Shown one piece after another: positions 1-9,150 of a stretch of DNA of 64,000 bases (position 1 is the first letter of the stretch; the number at the start of each line of letters is the position of its first letter). A program made the translations under genes and the position numbers. Location of the stretch: assembly GCA_902800245.1 (NCBI GenBank), contig CADCDY010000003.1:27534-91533 (forward strand). The letters run 5' to 3'. This DNA comes from an uncultured Prevotellaceae bacterium. GTDB taxonomy: Bacteria > Bacteroidota > Bacteroidia > Bacteroidales > Bacteroidaceae. A model generated the notes under the pieces. The model was given only the letters and a program-made list of their open reading frames with translations. It searched no databases and had not been told where the DNA came from.

Positions 1-754
1 CATTCAGATACGCTCTGATCAACATCTCCGACGCACTGCCTATCGCTGCAGCAATTACGAAGGCCAGTCCCAAACGTATCATATTCGCCCCATGTTTCAG
101 ATGTTTCTTACTGAACTGCATTTTCAACGGATATAGGCGATATGAATAGCCGATGGTTACTAACATGCCCGCTGCAGCTATCAACACAATAGCCGGAACG
201 ACACCCGAATGACGGAAAAAGTAGTACAACGGGATTGACAGAAGGACTGAAGCTACCGTAGTATAAATTTGCGCGCGCGCGAGAGAACCTAGTCGTCGTG
301 TGGCCTTCAAAATGGCTGTTTCACCACCTGTAATGGCTATCATTGCCACCGACACACCCAACATGGCGTAGTGCAGTGTATGATTACCCCATGTAAACGA
401 CAAGTCGTTGATCAACGGACTCACCACAATACAGAACAAACACCCCAGCACAGCAGCTATCATACTCCAAAGGCGTATCACTTGAATGTAATAATCCACC
501 AGTTCCGTGCGCTGTTGCTCGTAGTATCCCGACAGTCGAGGCACAGCACCAAACGAAATTCCCAAATTCGTACACTGCGAGGCAAAATTCTGCACCGACG
601 TCAGCAAGGCATTAAATCCCATACCGCCAGCACCCAGCAACAGGGCCATAAACTTATTGCGCACAAGACCAATCAGTATGACCAGCCCCTGCACACCACC
701 GAAAATACCAGTGTATTTTAGTATATGACTATAGTTTTTTTCCTGATCACTCAT
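1..754 (-). CDS. O-antigen/oligosaccharide flippase (Wzx/MOP family); runs off the left edge (partial)
   Basis: Absent from the ORF track; read manually. ATG at 754 gives MSDQEKNYSHILKYTGIFGGVQGLVILIGLVRNKFMALLLGAGGMG..., then several hydrophobic helices. It is divergent from the glycosyltransferase cluster. Confidence 0.8.
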   Translation of the reverse strand, partial: MSDQEKNYSHILKYTGIFGGVQGLVILIGLVRNKFMALLLGAGGMGFNALLTSVQNFASQCTNLGISFGAVPRLSGYYEQQRTELVDYYIQVIRLWSMIAAVLGCLFCIVVSPLINDLSFTWGNHTLHYAMLGVSVAMIAITGGETAILKATRRLGSLARAQIYTTVASVLLSIPLYYFFRHSGVVPAIVLIAAAGMLVTIGYSYRLYPLKMQFSKKHLKHGANMIRLGLAFVIAAAIGSASEMLIRAYLN

Positions 755-775
755 AAAGAGTTAGCACTAAACGGC

Positions 776-830
776 TGCAAAATTACAAAATCTTTATTGT
801 ATTTGCAAATTATTTCGTACCTTTGTAGGC
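776..830. promoter_or_regulatory. Divergent Bacteroidota sigma70 promoters
   Basis: TAATTTTG on the minus strand (778-785) and TACCTTTG on the plus strand (818-825) both match the TAnnTTTG -7 consensus. Confidence 0.65.
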
Positions 831-1706
831 ATGAAACTCAGTATTGTCATTCCCGTCTATCGTGTAGAGGCTACTCTCAACCGTTGTATTGAGAGTGTGC
901 TAAGACAGGATGTTGATGATATGGAAGTGATTCTGGTAGACGATGGCTCACCAGACAAATGCCCTCAAATATGTGATGAGTGGGCACAAAAAGACCCTCG
1001 TGTCAGCGTCATCCATAAATTGAACGGGGGACTGAGCGACGCCCGTAATGCGGGAATCGATGTTGCCCATGGTGATTTCCTGACCTTTGTAGACTCTGAC
1101 GACTATCTGGCACCTGGCACTTATGCACCCTTGTTGGACATCATAGAAGATGCAGACATACTAGAATATTCCATTGCCGACAGGCTGTCACTTAAAGACC
1201 ACAGTTATACGGATATGAACGAATACTGGCTTCTGGGGCATGCTTATCAACATACCTATGCCTGGAACAAAATCTACCGCAGTGCACTATTTGAACAGGT
1301 CAGATTTCCCAAAGGCAAGGTGTTTGAGGATGTCTATACCCTGCCCCAGCTGTTGAAACAGGCACACAAGGTCAAGACCAGCAGTATGGGACATTACCAC
1401 TATTGCTACAATCCTCAGGGCATCACCGCCAATGCCAGTGGTGAGCAACTATCCATGTTACTGGAAGCTCATTTGACCAGCCAGATGCCATTAGACGATA
1501 CATATTATCTTTATCTTCTGAATATCCAGATAGACGTCTGGGAACGACTCAAAGGTGACATTAAGCTTCCCTTTAGAAAACTCAACCCACAAGTCTTCCA
1601 CGGTTTAGAAAAACTAAAAGCAGAAGCACATAATACATTAGGTATCAAGAAAATATGCAAGATTACAAGACTCATACATCGCTTCAAGAAACCACGCCAC
1701 TGGTAA
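831..1706 (+). CDS. Glycosyltransferase family 2
   Basis: SIVIPVY, ILVDDGSPD, NGGLSDARNAG, FVDSDD (DxD) and FEDV motifs. Confidence 0.92.
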   Translation: MKLSIVIPVYRVEATLNRCIESVLRQDVDDMEVILVDDGSPDKCPQICDEWAQKDPRVSVIHKLNGGLSDARNAGIDVAHGDFLTFVDSDDYLAPGTYAPLLDIIEDADILEYSIADRLSLKDHSYTDMNEYWLLGHAYQHTYAWNKIYRSALFEQVRFPKGKVFEDVYTLPQLLKQAHKVKTSSMGHYHYCYNPQGITANASGEQLSMLLEAHLTSQMPLDDTYYLYLLNIQIDVWERLKGDIKLPFRKLNPQVFHGLEKLKAEAHNTLGIKKICKITRLIHRFKKPRHW

Positions 1707-2656
1707 CGTTTATCGTCACCTATTACAATCTACCAGTCCAGATGCTGTGCGAGTGTATCAACAGTATTCTGGCACTCTCGTTGCAACCCAACGAGCGCGA
1801 GATCATTGTCGTAGACGACGGTTCTGACGTAAGTCCCATGAATGGACTGATGCAGTATGGCGACCAAATCATCTATGTGCGTCAGAACAATAAAGGAGTC
1901 AGCGAGGCACGCAATGTTGCGTTACGCATGGCTAAGGGAAAATACATACAGATAGTTGATGGCGATGACTACATCTTACCCGCCCCCTATGAACATTGTC
2001 TCGATTTAATACGAGGCTACGAAGGACTAGACGTGGTGCTCTTCGATTTCACCAAATCGAAAACAGAAGACAGCTCCACCTATCAAGATTCCTCTATACA
2101 AACAGGTTCCGACTACATGCGCAACAATAATATCCATGGAGCTGTATGGTGCACTATTTTTCGCCAGGCTGCACGCAGTCAATTGTTTTTCACTCCTGGC
2201 ATAGAATACGGCGAGGATGAAGAATTTACGCCACAGCTGCTCTTAAGGGCAGATAGCGTTATCAAGACCAATGCACGGGCCTACTATTACCGTCCACGTG
2301 GTTCCTCAGCCATCCATCAACACAATGAGGAAAGAAAGCAGAAACGGTTGGACGATACCATGGAGGTTATCCTACATCTCAACCAACTGGCAGACACCAT
2401 GCCACAAACAGACCGCATTGCACTGCAAAGAAGGGTGGCACAGCTCACAATGGACTATATCTACAACACCATCGTACTGACCCATTCGCGCCAGATACTG
2501 AACGAACGGCTAGAGGAACTACGACAAAAGGGACTCTTCCCCCTGCCCGACCGTGACTACTCGAAAAAATATCAGTGGTTTCGTCGGATGACCAACACAC
2601 AGTTAGGACGCACCATCCTGCTAAACACGTTACCCATACTAAAAAAAGAACGATGA
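1655..2656 (+). CDS. Glycosyltransferase family 2
   Basis: IIVVDDGS, NKGVSEARNVAL, IVDGDD and GEDEEF motifs. Overlaps the upstream GT2 by 52 nt. Confidence 0.9.
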   Translation: MQDYKTHTSLQETTPLVTFIVTYYNLPVQMLCECINSILALSLQPNEREIIVVDDGSDVSPMNGLMQYGDQIIYVRQNNKGVSEARNVALRMAKGKYIQIVDGDDYILPAPYEHCLDLIRGYEGLDVVLFDFTKSKTEDSSTYQDSSIQTGSDYMRNNNIHGAVWCTIFRQAARSQLFFTPGIEYGEDEEFTPQLLLRADSVIKTNARAYYYRPRGSSAIHQHNEERKQKRLDDTMEVILHLNQLADTMPQTDRIALQRRVAQLTMDYIYNTIVLTHSRQILNERLEELRQKGLFPLPDRDYSKKYQWFRRMTNTQLGRTILLNTLPILKKER

Positions 2657-3750
2657 AGATACTCCTCATAGGCGAATACAGCAATGTCCACGCGACATTG
2701 GCCGAGGGTCTCCGCGCCCTGGGTCACGACGTGTGCGTCATCTCCAACGGAGATTTCTGGAAGGACTATCCGCGCGACATTGATGTCTCTCGCACACCAG
2801 GCAAGTTAGGCGGCATACGGCTCATGCTGAAACTATATACGCTACTACCCAAGATGCGCGGTTACGACGTTGTACAACTCATCAATCCCATGTTTTTTGA
2901 GTTGAAAGCTGAAAGGCTGTTCTGGTTTTACAAATGGCTCCGCAGAAATAACAGGAGGCTCATACTTGGCGCATATGGCATGGATTACTATTGGGTTCAC
3001 GAATGCGTGACCAACAAGCCCCTGCGCTATAGCGATTTCAATATCGGTGACGAATTGCGCACCGACCCTGACGCAATGAAGGAACGTCAAGACTGGCTAT
3101 GCACTACCAAGGAGCGGCTCAATCGCATGATTGCAGACGATTGCGACGGCATCGTCACCGGACTCTACGAATATGACGTCTGCTATCGTCCACATTTCCC
3201 CAGCAAGACGTACTTTATCCCCTATCCTATCATCCCGGCCAACCCTGCGATACCAACTTCACCTACCCTTCCTATCAAGATATTCGTGGGTATCAGCCGC
3301 GCCCGCAGCACATACAAGGGTACCGATGTGATGCTCCGTGCGGCACAAGACCTCGTAGCGCGCTACCCCGACCGCGTCACTTTGTCTGCGGTCGAAGGTT
3401 TGCCCTTTGACGAATACCAGTCCGTGCTATCCTCCAGTGACGTCCTCCTCGACCAACTCTACAGTTATACCCCCGCCATGAATGCACTCCTTGCCATGTC
3501 GAAGGGCATTGTTGTTGTTGGAGGCGGCGAACCCGAAAACTACGACATTATTGGCGAGACTGAGCTCCGTCCTATCGTCAACGTCCAACCCAACTACGAC
3601 AGCGTTTATCGCGAACTCGAACAACTCGTCCTTCATCCCGAACGTCTGCCACAATTAAAGCAACAAAGCGTTGACTACATCCACCGCCATCATGACTACC
3701 TCAAAGTTGCTCGAGCCTACGAGGCATTCTACACCAAAAAGCTTTGCTGA
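2653..3750 (+). CDS. GT-B fold glycosyltransferase (GT4-like)
   Basis: MKILLIGEYSNVH start coupled to the upstream stop by ATGA; KGTD and DQLYSYTPAMNALLAMSKG motifs. Confidence 0.85.
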   Translation: MKILLIGEYSNVHATLAEGLRALGHDVCVISNGDFWKDYPRDIDVSRTPGKLGGIRLMLKLYTLLPKMRGYDVVQLINPMFFELKAERLFWFYKWLRRNNRRLILGAYGMDYYWVHECVTNKPLRYSDFNIGDELRTDPDAMKERQDWLCTTKERLNRMIADDCDGIVTGLYEYDVCYRPHFPSKTYFIPYPIIPANPAIPTSPTLPIKIFVGISRARSTYKGTDVMLRAAQDLVARYPDRVTLSAVEGLPFDEYQSVLSSSDVLLDQLYSYTPAMNALLAMSKGIVVVGGGEPENYDIIGETELRPIVNVQPNYDSVYRELEQLVLHPERLPQLKQQSVDYIHRHHDYLKVARAYEAFYTKKLC

Positions 3751-3788
3751 CGTTTGGTGAATCCACTTTTTTTTCGTACCTTCGCAGC

Positions 3789-4415
3789 ATGAAAGCAGAA
3801 ATCATTCAGAAATACTTTCCGGAACTGACGGAAAAACAACTGGGACAGTATGAGATGCTGGACGAGTTATATCGTGATTGGAACGCGAAAATCAACGTCA
3901 TCTCACGCAAAGACATTGACAACCTGTACGAACACCACGTGCTGCACTCATTAGCTATAGCCCGGATGTTACGATTCAAGCCCAGTACACGCATTCTGGA
4001 TTTCGGAACGGGAGGCGGATTTCCGGGCATTCCCCTGGCCATCATGTTTCCAGAGTGTCACTTCAAGCTCATCGACGGTACAGGAAAGAAAATCCGTGTG
4101 GCACAGGAAGTGGCGAAGGCTATCGGTCTGGAAAACTGCGAACCTTGCCATCTACGTGGTGAGGACGAGAAGGGACACTATGACTTCATTGTGAGTCGTG
4201 CGGTGATGCCATTACCCGACTTAGAGCGTATCGTTCGTAAGAATGTTGCCAAGGAAAGCCGCAATGCACTACCCAACGGAATCATCTGCCTAAAGGGCGG
4301 TACGTTGGATGCCGAGTTGCAGCCATTTCGCAAAATTGTGGAAACTGAGGATATCAGTCGGTGGTTCAATGAGGAATGGTTTGAGGAGAAATACGTTATT
4401 TACCTGCCGCTATGA
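3789..4415 (+). CDS. rsmG: 16S rRNA (guanine527-N7)-methyltransferase
   Basis: WNAKINVISR, HVLHSL, LDFGTGGGFPGIPLAI, VSRAV and LKGG motifs. Start placed just after the promoter TTTG-N20-TACCTTCG (3753-3784). Confidence 0.95.
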   Translation: MKAEIIQKYFPELTEKQLGQYEMLDELYRDWNAKINVISRKDIDNLYEHHVLHSLAIARMLRFKPSTRILDFGTGGGFPGIPLAIMFPECHFKLIDGTGKKIRVAQEVAKAIGLENCEPCHLRGEDEKGHYDFIVSRAVMPLPDLERIVRKNVAKESRNALPNGIICLKGGTLDAELQPFRKIVETEDISRWFNEEWFEEKYVIYLPL

Positions 4416-5245
4416 TAAATTTTCCTATTGCAAAGATCAATCTGGGGCTGAACGTAGTAGAGAAACGCCCCGACGGTTACCACAATCTGGAGACAGTATT
4501 CTATCCGGTACCTATCAAAGACGCATTGGAAGTGACGGTCATGGACGATCAATTCCCGTCGGACACAGATTGCGACCTGAAAGTAACGAACATCCATATA
4601 GAAGGTGACGAGCAGAAGAATCTGGTAGTCAGGGCATACCGACTGCTAAAGGAAGATTTCCCCACACTGCCACGCTGTCATGCCCATTTGTGGAAAGGCA
4701 TTCCCACACAGGCTGGCATGGGCGGTGGTTCGAGCGACTGTGCCTACATGATTCTGCTACTGAATAATCTGTTTCAGTTGGGACTGAGCGAACAACAGAT
4801 GATGGACTATGCCGCACGTCTGGGTGCCGACTGTGCGTTCTTCGTCAAAAGCCGTCCGTGCTATGCAGAGGGTATCGGTGAACAGCTGGAAGAAATCAGC
4901 CTCGACCTGAGCGAATGGTATATTGGCGCGGTTCGTCCCGACATCCCCGTACCAACTAAAGAAGCTTTCGCCCGCATCCGTCCGCACTACCCCAAGAAGA
5001 ACTGTCGCGAGGTGGTGATGCAACCCGTAGAGACGTGGAAGGAAGAACTGGTAAACGACTTTGAGGAAAGTGTTTTCGCCGTACACCCGGAACTGGCGGA
5101 AGTGAAGCAACAACTATATTACATGGGCGCTACCTATGCGGCCATGTCTGGCTCAGGCAGCGCCCTATTCGGACTGTTCAAAGAATGCCCCGACCGTCTC
5201 AGTCAGGTCTTTCCCGGTATGTTTACGTTCAGTAGTTTGTTGTAA
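4412..5245 (+). CDS. ispE: 4-diphosphocytidyl-2-C-methyl-D-erythritol kinase
   Basis: AKINLGL, RPDGYHNLETVF, KGIPTQAGMGGGSSD, LGADC and MSGSGS GHMP-kinase motifs. Confidence 0.96.
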   Translation: MINFPIAKINLGLNVVEKRPDGYHNLETVFYPVPIKDALEVTVMDDQFPSDTDCDLKVTNIHIEGDEQKNLVVRAYRLLKEDFPTLPRCHAHLWKGIPTQAGMGGGSSDCAYMILLLNNLFQLGLSEQQMMDYAARLGADCAFFVKSRPCYAEGIGEQLEEISLDLSEWYIGAVRPDIPVPTKEAFARIRPHYPKKNCREVVMQPVETWKEELVNDFEESVFAVHPELAEVKQQLYYMGATYAAMSGSGSALFGLFKECPDRLSQVFPGMFTFSSLL

Positions 5246-5261
5246 TTAATCTCTGAAAGGT

Positions 5262-5876
5262 TTAGTCTTTGTCGCTCTTGTCGCCCAACAAGACGGAAGT
5301 GCGCACACGACTCAGCGTTTCAGGAGTCATCTGCAGATAGCTGGCAATATAGACCAGCGGCGCACGCAACACCAACTGCGGTGAACGCTTGACGAGCTTC
5401 GAATAGCGTTCCTGTGCCGACTCGAAGCGCAGCATGTCAGCATGCACCTGCGAGATGATGAGTGACTCCTCAAGAATCTTACGGTAAAGCATCTGGATAT
5501 TGACATTGCGAACAGCCTCATGCTCCAGTTCTCGTTTAGGCAATGCAAAGAGGATGGTAGGCTCCAATGCCACCATCTGCTGGGTCGAGGGCTTATCCGT
5601 GAACAGGCTCTCGATGCTCATCACAATGTTGTCCTCGGTGGCCATATACTCAGTTAGTTCCTTACCATTCTTATAATAGAACTGTCGTACCAGTCCCTTT
5701 GCCACCCAGTAGATGCTTTCACATACTTCACCCTCGTGGAGGATGATTTCACCCTTTTGGAATTTCTTAGGAACCAAGATGCCCTCCAGCACGTCCAGTT
5801 CCTCATGCGTCATAGTGCTGTAGCGGCGAGCTAACTCACGCGCCACGTCTCTTGTTGTCAGTCCGATTGTAGCCAT
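5262..5876 (-). CDS. Crp/Fnr family cNMP-binding regulator
   Basis: cNMP-binding domain (KGEIILHEGE...KGLVRQFY) and a C-terminal IASYLQMTPETLSRVR HTH typical of Bacteroidota. Confidence 0.88.
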   Translation of the reverse strand: MATIGLTTRDVARELARRYSTMTHEELDVLEGILVPKKFQKGEIILHEGEVCESIYWVAKGLVRQFYYKNGKELTEYMATEDNIVMSIESLFTDKPSTQQMVALEPTILFALPKRELEHEAVRNVNIQMLYRKILEESLIISQVHADMLRFESAQERYSKLVKRSPQLVLRAPLVYIASYLQMTPETLSRVRTSVLLGDKSDKD

Positions 5877-5922
5877 ATTTTCTTTTTTCTATTTAGATTG
5901 TTATTAGTTTTTATCTTATATT

Positions 5923-7704
5923 TTAATCCAGTTTCAGAACAGCAAGGAAGGCTTTCTGTGGCACTTCCACATTACCAATCTGTTTCATACGCTTCTTACC
6001 ACGTTTCTGCTTCTCCAGCAGTTTGCGCTTACGGCTGACGTCACCACCATAACACTTGGCCGTCACATCCTTGCGCACCTGTTTTACCGTCTCGCGGGCA
6101 ATAATCTTAGCACCGATAGCCGCTTGTATGGCAATGTCGAACTGCTGACGCGGAATGAGTTCCTTCAGTTTCTCGCACATACGGCGTCCAAAGGTAACGG
6201 CATTATCAGCATGTGTCAGTGTCGACAACGCATCAACAGGTTCACCATTCAGCAAAATATCGAGTTTGACCAATTTCGATGGACGGAACGAGTCGATATG
6301 ATAGTCGAACGACGCATAGCCCTTCGATATGGACTTTAGTTTATCGTAGAAATCAATGACGATTTCTCCCAGCGGTAACATGAATCGCAATTCCACACGA
6401 CCTCCACTGACATACTGCTGGTCGATGAGTTCACCACGCTTGTCGAGACACAGCGTCATGATAGGACCAATATAGTCGGCAGCAGTGATGATAGAGGCTT
6501 TGATATACGGTTCCTCTATGTGGTCAATCATCGTCAGGTCGGGCAGTCCCGAGGGATTGTGCACTTCCTTCTCCTCACCCTGCTTCGTGTAGCACATATA
6601 GGTTACGTTAGGCACGGTGGTGATGACATCCATGTCGAACTCGCGATCCAGTCGCTCCTGCACGATCTCCATGTGGAGCAATCCCAGGAAACCGCAACGG
6701 AAACCAAATCCCAGCGCCACAGACGTCTCAGGAACAAATGTCAGCGAGGCATCGTTCAACTGCAGTTTCTCCAAAGAGGCACGCAGATTCTCGTAATCCG
6801 TCGGATCGATAGGATAGACACCGGCAAACACCATGGGCTTTACTTCCTGGAAACCTTCGATAGCCTTGTCACAGGGACGGTCGATATGGGTAATGGTATC
6901 ACCCACCTTCACTTCTTTGGCATTCTTGATGCCCGAGATGATGTATCCCACCTCACCCGTGCGCAATTCCTTACGGGGAATCATATCCATCTTCAACACA
7001 CCCACCTCATCAGCGTCGTACTCCATACCGGTGTTGAAGAACTTCACCTTATCACCCTGACGAATCACGCCATTGTTAATCTTGAAGTATGCAATGATGC
7101 CTCGAAACGAGTTGAACACTGAGTCGAAAATCAATGCCTGCAATGGTGCTTTTTCGTCACCCTCGGGATGTGGGATGCGCTCGACAACGGCATTCAGGAT
7201 GTCCTCAACGCCCTCACCGGTTTTTCCACTTGCGCGGATAATATCCTCAGGATCACAACCAATCAGGTCGACGATTTCGTCTTCCACTTCGTCAGGCATA
7301 GCCGACGGCATGTCAATTTTGTTGATGACAGGAATAATCTCGAGGTCATTATCGATAGCCAGATAGAGGTTCGAAATAGTCTGTGCCTGCACGCCCTGTG
7401 TGGCGTCGACCACCAGCAAGGCACCCTCACAGGCTGCTATAGAACGCGACACTTCGTATGAGAAGTCCACGTGTCCCGGGGTGTCAATGAGGTTCAGAAT
7501 ATATTTTTCACCCTTGTACATATACTCCATCTGGATGGCGTGGCTCTTAATCGTAATACCGCGCTCACGCTCCAGCTCCATGTCGTCCAACATCTGTCCC
7601 TCCGTCACCTGAATAGTCTTGGTGAACTCCAGCAGACGGTCGGCCAGCGTCGACTTCCCATGGTCGATATGTGCAATGATGCAGAAATTTCTTATATGAT
7701 CCAT
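5923..7704 (-). CDS. lepA: Translation elongation factor 4
   Basis: [44 protein letters not shown] and [18 protein letters not shown] motifs. Confidence 0.98.
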   Translation of the reverse strand: MDHIRNFCIIAHIDHGKSTLADRLLEFTKTIQVTEGQMLDDMELERERGITIKSHAIQMEYMYKGEKYILNLIDTPGHVDFSYEVSRSIAACEGALLVVDATQGVQAQTISNLYLAIDNDLEIIPVINKIDMPSAMPDEVEDEIVDLIGCDPEDIIRASGKTGEGVEDILNAVVERIPHPEGDEKAPLQALIFDSVFNSFRGIIAYFKINNGVIRQGDKVKFFNTGMEYDADEVGVLKMDMIPRKELRTGEVGYIISGIKNAKEVKVGDTITHIDRPCDKAIEGFQEVKPMVFAGVYPIDPTDYENLRASLEKLQLNDASLTFVPETSVALGFGFRCGFLGLLHMEIVQERLDREFDMDVITTVPNVTYMCYTKQGEEKEVHNPSGLPDLTMIDHIEEPYIKASIITAADYIGPIMTLCLDKRGELIDQQYVSGGRVELRFMLPLGEIVIDFYDKLKSISKGYASFDYHIDSFRPSKLVKLDILLNGEPVDALSTLTHADNAVTFGRRMCEKLKELIPRQQFDIAIQAAIGAKIIARETVKQVRKDVTAKCYGGDVSRKRKLLEKQKRGKKRMKQIGNVEVPQKAFLAVLKLD

Positions 7705-7798
7705 AATCATGAAAACACAAATAGCTTTGCAAAGATACATAAAAAAATCGAAACGACCTACACAAGCGTGCAGATTTTAAAACTTTTTTTCGTTTCGC

Positions 7799-8602
7799 TT
7801 ATTCGAGTTCGAAGATTCCTGAAGGAGAATTACGTTTGAGAACCTCCAGATGGAAGTCAACACCAGCAATGATTCCAAAGTCACGCAACACGCTTTCAAC
7901 AGTCTTGCGCGCCAGTTCCGGATGGTTGTTTTCCTCACTCAAGTGACACAGCCACACATTGCGCAACTGCTCAGTCATATTCTCGACCAGAGCCAATCCA
8001 CAGTTGCGGTTGCTGAGATGTCCCGTATCTGAAAGGATGCGCGTCTTGAGGAACTGCGGATAAGGACCGTTCATCACCATCTCTTCGTCATGATTGGCCT
8101 CAATGACCAAATGGCGTGCCTTACGGATGTATTCTTTCATTTCGTCAGTCACCTTACCTACATCGGTCATGATGCAGAAGTTAGTACCTTCAGCCTCGAT
8201 GAAATAGCCTACGTTGTCACTACTGTCGTGAGGCACTCCGAAAGGTGTCACCTTGAAGTCTCCGATTTCGATGGTCTTCCCCTTCTCGATGATGCAAACA
8301 AGGGCAGCAGGAATCTTCTGCGATATACAATAGTTGCGCGTAATGCCTACATGGACTTCATGTGTGGCATAGACGGGGATTTGGTAGTCATTACTGAAGG
8401 AACCCACCGACTTGATATGGTCTGCGTGGTCGTGGGTGATGAGCACATGATGAACCTCAGAAAGATTGAATCCGTAGGTACGGAAATCTTTCTTCAGGCC
8501 GCGCAGACCGACTCCAAGGTCTATCAGCAGGGCATCGTTTGGAGTGGTCAGCAAGTAGCAGTTACCACTGCTTCCACTACCGAAAGAGATGAATTTCATC
8601 AT
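7799..8602 (-). CDS. MBL-fold metallo-hydrolase (YycJ/PhnP-like)
   Basis: SGSSGNC, THDHADH (HxHxDH), PHDS, EANHD, GHLSN and HLSEENN motifs. Confidence 0.88.
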   Translation of the reverse strand: MMKFISFGSGSSGNCYLLTTPNDALLIDLGVGLRGLKKDFRTYGFNLSEVHHVLITHDHADHIKSVGSFSNDYQIPVYATHEVHVGITRNYCISQKIPAALVCIIEKGKTIEIGDFKVTPFGVPHDSSDNVGYFIEAEGTNFCIMTDVGKVTDEMKEYIRKARHLVIEANHDEEMVMNGPYPQFLKTRILSDTGHLSNRNCGLALVENMTEQLRNVWLCHLSEENNHPELARKTVESVLRDFGIIAGVDFHLEVLKRNSPSGIFELE

Positions 8603-8709
8603 ACACTCATGCCAAAATTTGTGCAAAGGTATAAAAAAGTTAAGAAATAAGAGACAAGAATTAAGAGTTTTTTGTATCTTTGCAGAGAAATTTTACATAT
8701 TTAATGTTT

Positions 8710-9150
8710 ATGCGACTACTTTTTTCCCTTCTGACAGTTGTTCTGATGGCGAGTTGCAACACTGGATTCAACGGAGACGACGAGGCAAAAAACACCGCAA
8801 CCCAATGGGCTGAGGCATATTTCAACTGCGATTTCAAGGATGCCTCCAACTATGCGACGCCAGAGAGCGAACGATGGTTACGCTTTGCCGCGTCGAACAC
8901 TACGGAGGAGGACTTGAAACTGGTGAATGGTGGGGCGACAGCAAGTGCTGAGGAATACTTCACGGTAGCCAACGACACCGTGCGTGTGGTCACCGTAACC
9001 GTCAGAAAGTTTCTGAAAGCCACCGCTATCGGAGCACCCGCAGAAATACAACAGGAAGGCACTTTTCTGGTGACTGTCGTCCATCGCGATGGAGAGTGGA
9101 AGGTTAGAATGGAAGGCCTACCGCGAAGTGAAAAGCAAAGTCGCGACTGA
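8710..9150 (+). CDS. Hypothetical lipoprotein (NTF2-like fold suggested)
   Basis: Signal peptide with lipobox MASC and C-terminal GEWKV. Overlaps the convergent gene by 47 nt. Confidence 0.7.
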   Translation: MRLLFSLLTVVLMASCNTGFNGDDEAKNTATQWAEAYFNCDFKDASNYATPESERWLRFAASNTTEEDLKLVNGGATASAEEYFTVANDTVRVVTVTVRKFLKATAIGAPAEIQQEGTFLVTVVHRDGEWKVRMEGLPRSEKQSRD

